Shown: positions 32,457 through 41,821 of the stretch, piece after piece
Numbering within the stretch: the first letter of the stretch is position 1
How the letters are laid out: each line of letters begins with the position of its first letter
Assembly (NCBI GenBank): GCA_045544695.1
Contig: JAZPZP010000029.1
Location: forward strand, 1-49,271
DNA length: 49,271 nt
DNA from: Eubacteriales bacterium
GTDB lineage: Bacteria > Bacillota > Clostridia > Oscillospirales > JAAYXM01
Direction: 5' to 3'
Program-made: the position numbers and the translations under genes
Notes under the pieces: generated by a model
Told to the model about the DNA's origin: nothing
The model's input: the letters and a program-made list of their open reading frames with translations, nothing else
Databases searched by the model: none

Positions 32457-33737
32457 ATGAATGTTCTGGTAATCAGCTCCAATCCTTGGAGCGACACGAA
32501 TGCTTTTGGTAATACAGTATCAAACTTTTTTTCCACCTGGGATAAAGATGAGTTTTACAGTATTTATTCCCGTGCGGGAAGTCCAAGTAACAGCATTTGT
32601 AAAAAATATTACAGAATAACCGATGCATCAATCCTTAAGAATTTCTTCAGGAAAGAGAAAATAGGCAGTTATGTAAAATATGAAGAGTATCCCTGCAGTG
32701 CTGACAATTCGTCTAAAGCAGCGCAGGAGAAAGCTTTTATTCATTTTTTACATAAAAATAACATAAAAATTTTCCATTCAATTGAGAGGTTCCTTTGGAA
32801 AGGCAAGCGCTGGAACAATAAAAAATTCAATACATTTCTGGAAGAAGCAAAGCCAGATGTGATTTTCTCTTTTGGTGTTGCAAACCAAGCGGTTTTTGAG
32901 CTTATCAAAGCATGTAAAGAGAAAACAAATGCCAAAACGGTGCTTTTCATAGCAGACGATGTTTACGGGCAATATTGCAAAAACTCCAAAGGAAGAAAGA
33001 ACAAAATAAAGTTTGAAAAAATGATAGCTGATGCAGATTTAATCTATGGTGCATCCGAGCAGCTTTCATACGAATATCAGAACATATTCAATAAGAAAAT
33101 CAAACCGTTATACAAAAGCTGTGAGTTTACTCATCCGGTCAGTAAAAAAGAAAACCGTGTCATAAAAATACTTTATGCAGGTAATTTGCTGTACGGCAGA
33201 GCAGAAACACTGAGCAGCCTTGCGGATGCAATTGAAAGAATAAATGTAGATGGTGTTAAAATAAGTCTTGAGATTTATTCAAATACAGCGCTTGATGATG
33301 AGCTTATGAGTAAATTAAGCCGCGGGCAATCCTCTCAATTGTGCGGTAGCCGTCCGTATAATGAAATAAAAGAGAAGATGCGAAGTGCTGATATTGTTTT
33401 GCATGTTGAATCGTTTGAGGAAAGCGAGAAATTTAAAGTTCGATATTCCTTTTCAACTAAAATAATTGACTGTCTGCAAAGTGGCAGTGTGTTTATGGCA
33501 ATCGGACCTGATGGTATCGCTTCCGTTGAATATCCGAAGGGAATAGACGGTGCCATTGTTATAAACAATACAGATGAAATTGAAAGCGTTTTAAGAGCTT
33601 CTGTGCTTGATGCAGATTTGCACGAGAAAGCATTAAAAATCCGAGAATTTGCAATGGCACACCATAACAAAGAAAAGATCAGTAATGATTTGAAACAAGA
33701 CTTTAAAGAATTATTAAATGGAGATAGCATAAATTGA
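32457..33737 (+). CDS. Putative GT-B fold glycosyltransferase (WcaI-like, divergent)
   Basis: The C-terminal half (KILYAGNLLYGR...HVESFEE..RYSFSTKIIDCLQSGSVFMAIG) resembles the GT4/WcaI nucleotide-sugar-binding domain. The N-terminal half is unassigned. ATG 32457 follows a GAGG SD. Confidence 0.45.
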   Translation: MNVLVISSNPWSDTNAFGNTVSNFFSTWDKDEFYSIYSRAGSPSNSICKKYYRITDASILKNFFRKEKIGSYVKYEEYPCSADNSSKAAQEKAFIHFLHKNNIKIFHSIERFLWKGKRWNNKKFNTFLEEAKPDVIFSFGVANQAVFELIKACKEKTNAKTVLFIADDVYGQYCKNSKGRKNKIKFEKMIADADLIYGASEQLSYEYQNIFNKKIKPLYKSCEFTHPVSKKENRVIKILYAGNLLYGRAETLSSLADAIERINVDGVKISLEIYSNTALDDELMSKLSRGQSSQLCGSRPYNEIKEKMRSADIVLHVESFEESEKFKVRYSFSTKIIDCLQSGSVFMAIGPDGIASVEYPKGIDGAIVINNTDEIESVLRASVLDADLHEKALKIREFAMAHHNKEKISNDLKQDFKELLNGDSIN

Positions 33738-34810
33738 TATACTTTTATTTTATTGTGCTGGCATGTGTTGTTTTTACAATACAGAAAATATATGCCAAAG
33801 GCGCAAAGGGAGACATTGAAACAATAGAATACAAACAAACATCGAGCATGAAAAAGGCTTGTGTTATATGTGGTTTGTTTTTGACAATGATAGCCGGTCT
33901 TCGCGGCATTATCGTAGGAAACGATACCTATACATACTACATAAGATATGTGGAAACGAGTCAAAGTACGCTTGCAAACGTACTTTCTGCCGAAGAGCCG
34001 ATTTGGTACGTAATTGCGTATGTTCTTAATCTCATATCAGCCGACTATCAGTGGATGCTTGTAACCGTTGGTGCAATATATGCATTTTCCATAAGCTATT
34101 TCATATATAAAAAATCCGAGGAGCCGTTTGTAAGCTATGTAATGCTCATTCCTATGATGTATTTTGCATTTACAATGAGCGGTCAGCGCCAGACGCTTGC
34201 AATGGCACTTGCTTGCTTTTTGTATCCGCTTGCGATGGACAAAAAATATTTGAAGTTTTTTGTTCTGATCTTTATTGCATCGCTTTGCCATAAATCGGCG
34301 TGGATGCTCTTACCGCTTCTGATAATACCAAAAACAAAGGTCAAGCCGCTTGCGCGAGTGGCATATGTTGTCTCTTTGCCGGCAATATATGTTCTCAGAG
34401 GACCTATCCTCAGTATTGCACAGAGATTTCTCTATGACAGTTATAGTGTTTATACTGAAGAGGTTGCAACCTGGCCAACATTTATTTTGTATTTTGCGAT
34501 TTGGCTTGTGTTTGTTTTCTTCGGAAATCAAGAACAAGAGGATATGCCGTATTTTGAGCGTATGCTTATGATCGGCATTATAGTGCAGATGTTCGTGCCA
34601 TTGCAGCCGAATATTTTCCGAATTGCGCTTTATTATCAGATTGCAAGTCTTATGATTGTTCCGAACTTCCTGAATGCCAAGTTCTTTAAGAAAATGAGGC
34701 CGCTTGCCTATATGATTTTTATGGCGGTTATGCTTATTATGTATTTTATGTTTACAAAAAATGCAGCAAGCGCGAACCCGTATTATTATTTCTGGCAGGT
34801 GAAATATTGA
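33734..34810 (+). CDS. EpsG-family polysaccharide polymerase (Wzy-like)
   Basis: About 10 TM segments, with the EpsG hallmark GLRGIIVGNDTYTY near the N-terminus. The TTG start overlaps the upstream stop. Confidence 0.7.
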   Translation: MIYFYFIVLACVVFTIQKIYAKGAKGDIETIEYKQTSSMKKACVICGLFLTMIAGLRGIIVGNDTYTYYIRYVETSQSTLANVLSAEEPIWYVIAYVLNLISADYQWMLVTVGAIYAFSISYFIYKKSEEPFVSYVMLIPMMYFAFTMSGQRQTLAMALACFLYPLAMDKKYLKFFVLIFIASLCHKSAWMLLPLLIIPKTKVKPLARVAYVVSLPAIYVLRGPILSIAQRFLYDSYSVYTEEVATWPTFILYFAIWLVFVFFGNQEQEDMPYFERMLMIGIIVQMFVPLQPNIFRIALYYQIASLMIVPNFLNAKFFKKMRPLAYMIFMAVMLIMYFMFTKNAASANPYYYFWQVKY

Positions 34811-34828
34811 TTTCAAGGGGAATTTTCA

Positions 34829-36022
34829 ATGAAAGTTTTGCAAATCAATTGTGTTTATAAAAGCGGAAGCACAGGTAAAATTGTGCACGACATACATACA
34901 GGACTTGTGGGAAAAGGTCATAAGTCAGTTGTCTGTTACGGCAGAGGACGGGAAATAGGTGAAGATGGAATTTATAAAGTTTCAAGTGAAATTGAGGCTA
35001 AGGTACATTCTGTTCTTGGCCGTCTCTTTGGTGTTATGTTTGGTTTTTCTCCGATTGCTACGGCGAGAACAATCGGGATTATAAAAAAAGAAAAGCCCGA
35101 TGTTGTTCACCTTCATTGCTTAAACGGTAATTTTATAAATGTCTATAGACTACTCAACTTTTTAAAGAAAGCTAAAATTAAAACAGTCTTAACCTTGCAC
35201 GCTGAAATTATGCACACGGCTGGCTGTGAGCACGCAATGGATTGCGAGAAGTGGAAAACTGAATGTAATAATTGTGCTAAAGTCCGCGGCAAAATCTCTC
35301 GTTTTTTCCGTGACGATGCTAAATATTGCTATAATAAAATGAAAAGAGCTTTTTCGGGATTTGAAAATCTTACCGTTGTAGGTGTTTCTGAATGGTTGAC
35401 AGAAAGAGGAAAAATGTCCTCTGTTTTTCCGGAAGTTAAGTTTAATACAGTGCATAACGGTATTGACACAGAAACGTTTTTCTATACAGAGCATAAAGAA
35501 TTGCGGGAGAAGCTTAATATTCCAAAGGATAAAAAAATCATTCTGCATGTTACACCGAATTTTAATCATCCGATTAAGGGTGGTAAATATGTATTGGAGC
35601 TTGCAGAAAAGATGCCCGAGCATCAGTTTATCATTGTTGGCTTTAACGGAGATAAAAATGTCTTGCCGGGCAATGTTATGCCAATTTCGCATACGAAAGA
35701 TAAAAATGAACTTGCAAAAATTTATTCAATGGCAGATGTTACGCTGCTTACAAGTAAGAGAGAAACATTTTCTATGGTACTTGCAGAAAGTTTGTGTTGC
35801 GGAACTCCGGTTGCAGGCTTTGAAGCGGGCGCACCGGAAACCATAACAATTCCGGAATACAGCGCGTTTGTCAAGCAAGGAGATATCGAGGCTTTGACTA
35901 AGGCGGTTTCTGAAATGGCCGGGGCAAATTTTGATTGCGAGAAAATTTCAAAAAACGCTATTGATAAGTATGATAAAAAAACTATGGCGGGAAACTATAT
36001 TTCCTGTTATGAGCAGGTGTAG
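34829..36022 (+). CDS. Glycosyltransferase family 4 (GT-B, retaining)
   Basis: MKVLQINCVYKSGSTGKIV... and the C-terminal EX7E-type region (LLTSKRETFSMVLAESLCCGTPVAGF). Confidence 0.8.
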   Translation: MKVLQINCVYKSGSTGKIVHDIHTGLVGKGHKSVVCYGRGREIGEDGIYKVSSEIEAKVHSVLGRLFGVMFGFSPIATARTIGIIKKEKPDVVHLHCLNGNFINVYRLLNFLKKAKIKTVLTLHAEIMHTAGCEHAMDCEKWKTECNNCAKVRGKISRFFRDDAKYCYNKMKRAFSGFENLTVVGVSEWLTERGKMSSVFPEVKFNTVHNGIDTETFFYTEHKELREKLNIPKDKKIILHVTPNFNHPIKGGKYVLELAEKMPEHQFIIVGFNGDKNVLPGNVMPISHTKDKNELAKIYSMADVTLLTSKRETFSMVLAESLCCGTPVAGFEAGAPETITIPEYSAFVKQGDIEALTKAVSEMAGANFDCEKISKNAIDKYDKKTMAGNYISCYEQV

Positions 36023-36029
36023 AAACACG

Positions 36030-37187
36030 ATGAGTCATAAAAAGAAAGTCGGAATAATTACGCATTACTATAAGAGCACAAACTATGGCGGTAACCTACA
36101 GGCATATGCTCTTTGTAAATTTTTGAATAATAATGGTTATTTGGCAGAGCAGATTTGCTTTGACAGAAATGTTAAAGCTAAACGCACTTTAAAGCGAGTT
36201 TTAGCTTCAATATATCACGGTGTAAAAAACAGTTTTAAAGGTGCAATTCATTACAAAACTGTGCGTAATTTGAAGTTGAGACAAGAAAAAATACTCGATT
36301 TTAACAAAAATGTGATTCCGCATAGTAAAGAAGTTTACACAAAACAAAATATAGCGCATACTAATGAGATTTATGACGCTTTTATAACCGGAAGTGATCA
36401 GGTCTGGCATCCAAAAGCCGTTTGTGATGAATATCTTCTTGCTTTTGCAGATGCCGGAAAGACAAAAATTTCTTATGCTGCGAGTCTTGCGATTGATGCA
36501 CTTCCGCAAAATTTACAGAATAAATACAAAGAAATGCTTGAGTCTTTTTCTGCTGTTTCGGTCCGCGAAGAAAATGCGATTGACATAATTAAACCACTCA
36601 CTGATAAGCAGGTTGTTCAGACTATTGATCCTGTTTTGTTGCTCTCTAAAGAAAAGTGGGACAGCCTGTGTTCCGAGCGAAGAGTAGATGAAGAATATCT
36701 TTTCTGCTATTTTCTTGGTGAGAGCGAAAAGTGTAGGAGACTGGCGGAGGAATACGCAAAGAGCAAAAACTTAAAGGTTGTAACATTACCCGACCTTGTA
36801 GGTAAGGGGCGCAAATGCGATAAAGGCTTTGGCGATGTCAAGCTTTATGATGTTGATCCGCAGGCCTTTATATCTTTAATAAAGAACGCCTATGCGGTGT
36901 TTACTGACAGCTTCCATGCCGCTGTATTTTCGATTATTTACAGTAAATTTTTTGTTGTTTTTGAAAGAGCAATAGCGCAACAGTCTATGTCGTCGAGAAT
37001 TTGCAGTCTTATGGATATGTTCGATATGAGTGAACATTTCTGCAATTCGGATGAACGAATGACGCTTCAATACATACTCTCGCTACCGACACCGGACTAT
37101 GCAAAAGAATTTCCCAAATACACGAAAAAGATGAAGGACTCAGTTGAGTTTTTATTTGATAATTTATCGAAGGTGAATGATAAATAA
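36030..37187 (+). CDS. Polysaccharide pyruvyl transferase family protein
   Basis: KKVGIITHYYKSTNYGGNLQAYAL...ITGSDQVWHP...SFHAAVFSI is the PS_pyruv_trans pattern. I start it at ATG 36030; the track's 35931 overlaps the upstream gene. Confidence 0.8.
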   Translation: MSHKKKVGIITHYYKSTNYGGNLQAYALCKFLNNNGYLAEQICFDRNVKAKRTLKRVLASIYHGVKNSFKGAIHYKTVRNLKLRQEKILDFNKNVIPHSKEVYTKQNIAHTNEIYDAFITGSDQVWHPKAVCDEYLLAFADAGKTKISYAASLAIDALPQNLQNKYKEMLESFSAVSVREENAIDIIKPLTDKQVVQTIDPVLLLSKEKWDSLCSERRVDEEYLFCYFLGESEKCRRLAEEYAKSKNLKVVTLPDLVGKGRKCDKGFGDVKLYDVDPQAFISLIKNAYAVFTDSFHAAVFSIIYSKFFVVFERAIAQQSMSSRICSLMDMFDMSEHFCNSDERMTLQYILSLPTPDYAKEFPKYTKKMKDSVEFLFDNLSKVNDK

Positions 37188-38738
37188 ATGAAGCTAAATC
37201 AACTTAAAGCAGGCTCAATGCTTTCGTATGCTCAGATGGCGATAGGAACACTTGTAAGTCTCCTTTACACACCTCTGATGATACGACTTTTGGGCAAAAG
37301 TGAATATGGTTTGTATAATACGGTATCATCCATTATAGCAATGCTATCTATTTTGAGCTTGGGCTTTAACAGTAGCTATGTGCGCTATTATGCAAAGTAT
37401 AAGGTTAAGAATGACAATGAATCAATAGCAAAATTAAACGGATTATTCTTGATAATTTTTATTATAATCGGTGCAGTAGCATTTGCGTGCGGAACATTTC
37501 TCACCTTGAATCTGGAGCTTGTGTTTGACAAGGGACTTACTGCGTCAGAGTATGAGACTGCAAGAATCCTTATGTTTTTGTTAACGATAAATCTGACGAT
37601 CTCATTTCCGATGAGCGTTTTTTCTACAATCATCTCAGCGCATGAAAAATACATATTCTTAAAGCTCCTCGGTATGATGAAAACGGTTTTCAGCCCGTTG
37701 CTTTCAATTCCGCTGATGCTTATGGGATATAAGGCGATTGCTATCGTTTGTGTTACGATATTTATCGCCCTCGTTACGGATACTGCATATCTTATTTATT
37801 CGAAAAGAATTCTTAAAGTAAATTTTAACTTCCGCAATTTTGAGAAGGGCTTATTCAAGAGCATTTTTGCGTTTACTTTTTTTATTGCAATAAATATTAT
37901 TGTAGATCAGGTTAATAGCAATCTTGGAAAGTTTATTCTCGGCAGATACAGAGGAACAGAAGCGGTTGCGGTTTTTGCTGTAGGGCACACATTGTATCAT
38001 CATTATATACAATTTTCGACAGCAATTTCAGGTGTGTTTACACCGAGAATCCATAAAATAGTAAACGCGACAGCAGGTAACGAGGAAAAACAAATAGCAG
38101 ATATATCGAGCTTGTTTATAAAAGTTGGAAGAATACAATTTCTTATTCTTGCCCTGATTTGCACGGGAATCATCTTTTTTGGCAGAGAATTTATTGCCTT
38201 CTGGGCGGGAAGTGGCTATGAAAATGCATATTATGTTACGCTTCTTCTGGTAATTTCTTCATCAATTGCCTTGATACAGAATTTGGGAATTGAAATTCAG
38301 AGAGCACTTAACAAACATAAATTCAGAAGTGTTGTTTACATCATAATGGCAACAATAAACCTTGGGCTTACAACGATACTTTGTAAGCGCCTGGGTGTGA
38401 TAGGTACTGCGGTAGGTACAGCTGTATCGCTTATTGTCGCGAACGGATTTATTATGAATATTTATTACCATAAGAAATGCAATATCAATATTATTGCATT
38501 CTGGAAATCAATAGCAAGAATGGCATTGGGCTTAATTCCTGCGCTGATTTTCGGAGTAGTTTTAAAAAAATATTTTGACTTTTATGCCGTTTATAGTATG
38601 CTTTTGGGAATTATTGTATATATAGCTGTTTATTTTGCATCAATGTGGTTATTTGCAATAAATAGCTACGAAAAAGGCCTTATAACAAAGTTGTTTGCCA
38701 AAGTTTTAAAAAGAAGAAAAGCGGAGATAAAAAAATGA
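37188..38738 (+). CDS. wzx: Oligosaccharide flippase (Wzx; MOP/polysaccharide biosynthesis protein family)
   Basis: A 516-aa protein with about 14 hydrophobic segments and a typical Wzx N-terminus (AGSMLSYAQMAIGTLVSLLYTPLMIRLLGKSEYGLY). Confidence 0.8.
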   Translation: MKLNQLKAGSMLSYAQMAIGTLVSLLYTPLMIRLLGKSEYGLYNTVSSIIAMLSILSLGFNSSYVRYYAKYKVKNDNESIAKLNGLFLIIFIIIGAVAFACGTFLTLNLELVFDKGLTASEYETARILMFLLTINLTISFPMSVFSTIISAHEKYIFLKLLGMMKTVFSPLLSIPLMLMGYKAIAIVCVTIFIALVTDTAYLIYSKRILKVNFNFRNFEKGLFKSIFAFTFFIAINIIVDQVNSNLGKFILGRYRGTEAVAVFAVGHTLYHHYIQFSTAISGVFTPRIHKIVNATAGNEEKQIADISSLFIKVGRIQFLILALICTGIIFFGREFIAFWAGSGYENAYYVTLLLVISSSIALIQNLGIEIQRALNKHKFRSVVYIIMATINLGLTTILCKRLGVIGTAVGTAVSLIVANGFIMNIYYHKKCNINIIAFWKSIARMALGLIPALIFGVVLKKYFDFYAVYSMLLGIIVYIAVYFASMWLFAINSYEKGLITKLFAKVLKRRKAEIKK

Positions 38739-39877
38739 TTCAGATAAGCGAAAAAGCAAAGTGTGCGGGATGCCATTCGTGCGCTTTAGCTTGCCCACGA
38801 AACTGCATAACCATGAAAGCGGATGATGAGGGATTTCTCTATCCTGAGGTAAATGAGGATATGTGTACCGGATGCAATCTTTGCGAGAAGGCTTGTCCGG
38901 TAATAAAAAACGAGTATAGCTGCGACAACGATCCTCAAGCGTATGCCGCATATTCAAAAAACGATATACTTCGTAAAGAAAGCTCATCGGGCGGAATGTT
39001 TACCGAAATTGCCGAGCATATTATTGAAAAAGGCGGAATTGTTTTTGGCGCTGCATTTGATGACAATTTTAATGTCAATCATATTGCAGTAAAAACTGCA
39101 AACGAGCTTAAAAAGCTTCGTGGTTCGAAGTATGTTCAAAGTACTATAGGAAATGCGTATAAAGATGCAGAAGATTACCTTGAAAAGGGCGACCTTGTTT
39201 TATTCACGGGTACCCCTTGCCAGATTGCAGGTTTATATGCTTATCTGAAGAAAGACTATGAAAATTTAATAACACAGGATATAATTTGTCATGGAGTGCC
39301 ATCACCGATGTTGTGGAGAAAATATCTTTCTAAACAGTGCAAAGGTTATGACACTACAAGTGTTTCGTTCAGGAACAAAAAATATGGTTGGAAGCGCTTT
39401 TCAATGCGTATTACAGTAACAGATGGTAAAGAATTCCTCTCACCGCTGGACAAGGATGAATATATGAGAGCATTTTTGAAAAATCTTTCTCTTCGTCCGT
39501 CATGTTATAACTGTAAGTTCAAGAAGATGAATCGACAAAGCGATTTCACACTTGCGGATTTTTGGGGAATTGAGAACATCCTTCCGGATATCAGTGATGA
39601 TAAAGGCACAAGCCTTTTAATAGTAAATTCAGAAAAAGCAAGATTGATTTTTGAAGCTGTGAAAGAAAAGGTTGAGTTTAAAGTGGTGGATATAACCAAA
39701 GCAATCAAGTACAACTCAGCTATGATCAAGTCAGCAGATAAACCTGAAAAAAGAGACGATTTCATAAAAACAGTTGTAGATAGCGGATTTGAAACTGCTT
39801 CGAGAAAATATCTTAAGACGAAATTTATTAAAAAAATGATCTCTAAAATAAAAAGAGCTATAAAAAAGATAGGTTAG
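38735..39877 (+). CDS. Coenzyme F420 hydrogenase/dehydrogenase beta-subunit (FrhB)-like protein with an N-terminal 2x[4Fe-4S] ferredoxin domain
   Basis: CAGCHSCALACP and CTGCNLCEKACP are followed by an FrhB-like core (SSSGGMFTE..GGIVFGAAF..GSKYVQS..FTGTPCQIAG..CHGVPSP). An ATGA overlap links it to wzx. Confidence 0.75.
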   Translation: MIQISEKAKCAGCHSCALACPRNCITMKADDEGFLYPEVNEDMCTGCNLCEKACPVIKNEYSCDNDPQAYAAYSKNDILRKESSSGGMFTEIAEHIIEKGGIVFGAAFDDNFNVNHIAVKTANELKKLRGSKYVQSTIGNAYKDAEDYLEKGDLVLFTGTPCQIAGLYAYLKKDYENLITQDIICHGVPSPMLWRKYLSKQCKGYDTTSVSFRNKKYGWKRFSMRITVTDGKEFLSPLDKDEYMRAFLKNLSLRPSCYNCKFKKMNRQSDFTLADFWGIENILPDISDDKGTSLLIVNSEKARLIFEAVKEKVEFKVVDITKAIKYNSAMIKSADKPEKRDDFIKTVVDSGFETASRKYLKTKFIKKMISKIKRAIKKIG

Positions 39878-39886
39878 GTGAAAGAA

Positions 39887-40936
39887 ATGTCTGTATTTAA
39901 GAACAAAACATTGCTTATTACCGGAGGTACCGGCTCATTTGGAAACGCGGTTTTAAATCGCTTCCTCAAAACTGACATTGGCGAAATACGCATTTTCTCG
40001 CGTGATGAGAAAAAACAGGATGATATGCGCCATGAATTTCAGGCTAAGATGCCGGATGTTGCTGAGAAAATCAGATTCTATATTGGCGATGTCCGAGATT
40101 TGCAGTCTGTTAAAAATCCTATGCACGGGGTTGATTACATCTTCCACGCGGCAGCACTCAAACAGGTTCCGTCTTGCGAATTTTTCCCGATGGAGGCAGT
40201 GCGTACCAATGTAATCGGTACGGAGAATGTACTTACTGCAGCGATTGATGAGGGTGTAAAGAGCGTTATCTGCTTGTCTACAGATAAGGCTGCATATCCT
40301 GTTAACGCAATGGGTATTACCAAGGCGCTTGAGGAGCGTGTTGCTGTTGCAAAATCAAGAACAGTTGACGCAGATAAGACTAAAATCTGCTGTACTCGCT
40401 ACGGTAATGTTATGTGTTCGCGCGGAAGCGTTATCCCGCTCTGGATTGAACAGATTAAAGCAGGTAAGCCGATTACCATTACCGAGCCTAATATGACTCG
40501 ATTTATTATGTCTCTCGACGAGGCGGTTGACTTGGTTCTTTTCGCATTTGAAAAGGGAGAAAGTGGCGACATTTTGGTACAGAAGGCTCCGGCTTGTACA
40601 ATTGGCGTGCTTGCAGAGGCAGTCAAGAAGCTCTTTAATTCCAAGGATGATATCAAGATTATCGGTATCCGCCACGGTGAAAAGATGTATGAAACACTCC
40701 TTACCAACGAAGAGTGTGCAAACGCTACGGATATGGGTAACTTCTACCGTGTGCCGTGCGACAAGCGTGGACTTAATTATGACAAGTATTTTACTCAGGG
40801 CGATGTTGAGAGAAATACGCTCAGTGAGTTTAATTCAAATAATACAGAGCTTCTGGATGTGGATCGCGTTTGCGAAAAGCTCTTGTCTTTACAGTATATC
40901 CGCGACGAGATTGCTGCAATGAACGAAGGAAAGTAA
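39887..40936 (+). CDS. fnlA: UDP-N-acetylglucosamine 4,6-dehydratase/5-epimerase (FnlA/CapE/WbvB family)
   Basis: Near-colinear with my recollection of S. aureus CapE: LLITGGTGSFGNAV..EIRIFSRDEKKQDDMR..FYIGDVRD..HAAALKQVPSCEFFPMEAV.TN.IGTENV..LSTDKAAYP.NAMG..RYGNVM.SRGSVIPL. Confidence 0.9.
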   Translation: MSVFKNKTLLITGGTGSFGNAVLNRFLKTDIGEIRIFSRDEKKQDDMRHEFQAKMPDVAEKIRFYIGDVRDLQSVKNPMHGVDYIFHAAALKQVPSCEFFPMEAVRTNVIGTENVLTAAIDEGVKSVICLSTDKAAYPVNAMGITKALEERVAVAKSRTVDADKTKICCTRYGNVMCSRGSVIPLWIEQIKAGKPITITEPNMTRFIMSLDEAVDLVLFAFEKGESGDILVQKAPACTIGVLAEAVKKLFNSKDDIKIIGIRHGEKMYETLLTNEECANATDMGNFYRVPCDKRGLNYDKYFTQGDVERNTLSEFNSNNTELLDVDRVCEKLLSLQYIRDEIAAMNEGK

Positions 40937-40948
40937 GAGGTAAGTGTT

Positions 40949-41812
40949 ATGAAGTTTTTAGTACTCGGCTCTGCAGGTATGGCAGGTCATACCATATCGC
41001 TTTATTTAACCGAGCGCGGTCACGATGTTACCGGCTTTGCATTAGCTGATACCGCCTTAATTCCGACCATTGTCGGAGATGCAACTGACACTGAGGCGCT
41101 TAAAAAAATAGTGCTCGACGGGAAATATGATACCGTTATCAATTGTATTGGCATCTTAAATCAATTTGCAGAGCGCGACCACGCATTTGCTACTTTTATG
41201 AATGCGTATCTTCCACATTTCCTTGCGGATATAACAAAGGATACGGACACCCAGATTATCCATATGAGCACGGACTGCGTTTTCTCCGGTAAAAAAGGCT
41301 CATATACCGAGGACGATGTGCGCGACGGTGAGACCTTCTATGATCGCTCAAAAGCGCTGGGAGAGCTCGAAGATGACAAAAACATAACCTTACGAAATTC
41401 CATAGTAGGCCCGGATATCAATGTTGGCGGAATTGGATTGCTCAATTGGTTTATGAAGGAAACCGTTTCAGGAAAAGCTCTCAAAGGCTATACAAAAGCA
41501 ATGTGGACAGGCCAGACTACACTTCAACTTGCAAAAACTATGGAAGTAGCGGCTGAGTCGCGTGCACATGGTCTTTATAACACGGTGCCCGACCACTCAA
41601 TCAGCAAATATGAGCTTTTGCAGCTCTTTAATAAGCATTTGCGCGGCGGTGAAATTGATATCGAACCGATTGAAGGCATAAATGCTGACAAATCACTCAA
41701 GAGAACGCGATTTGATTTTTCGTATTTAATTCCGGATTATGAAACAATGGTTGCTGAAATGGCAGAATGGATAAAGGCACACAAAGAGCTTTATCCGCAT
41801 TATGCACTTTAG
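40949..41812 (+). CDS. RmlD-like short-chain sugar-nucleotide 4-reductase (SDR; WbvR/QnlB-like rather than CapF/FnlB-like)
   Basis: At 287 aa it has MKFLVLGSAGMAGH (Rossmann), STDCVFSGKKGSYTEDD and FYDRSKALGE (YxxxK). It has no C-terminal cupin domain, and CapF/FnlB proteins are about 370 aa. Confidence 0.65.
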   Translation: MKFLVLGSAGMAGHTISLYLTERGHDVTGFALADTALIPTIVGDATDTEALKKIVLDGKYDTVINCIGILNQFAERDHAFATFMNAYLPHFLADITKDTDTQIIHMSTDCVFSGKKGSYTEDDVRDGETFYDRSKALGELEDDKNITLRNSIVGPDINVGGIGLLNWFMKETVSGKALKGYTKAMWTGQTTLQLAKTMEVAAESRAHGLYNTVPDHSISKYELLQLFNKHLRGGEIDIEPIEGINADKSLKRTRFDFSYLIPDYETMVAEMAEWIKAHKELYPHYAL

Positions 41813-41821
41813 GAGGACGCT

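Noticed and set aside
32526-32532. Homopolymer tracts (T7 at 32526-32532 in the first glycosyltransferase; T7 at 31232-31238 upstream of the promoter), considered as phase-variation switches
   Set aside because: Tracts of 7 nt are short and expected by chance in DNA of about 30% GC. There is no evidence of length variation in a single sequence.
33335-35692. Antisense ORFs in the AT-rich polysaccharide core (33335..33964, 34310..34816, 35189..35692)
   Set aside because: They lie opposite coherent membrane-protein and GT4 frames. They are rich in Asn/Lys/Ile/Phe/Cys as expected for random AT-rich frames, and they have no ribosome-binding sites.
35931-36029. N-terminal extensions offered by the ORF track (35931 for the pyruvyl transferase; likewise 2645, 4551, 4795, 4937, 8168, 9208, 16474, 18441, 22191, 31327, 32445, 42934, 46517, 46591, 47944)
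   Set aside because: The extensions overlap upstream genes or lack an SD. In each case an internal start with a good SD gives the family-typical N-terminus.
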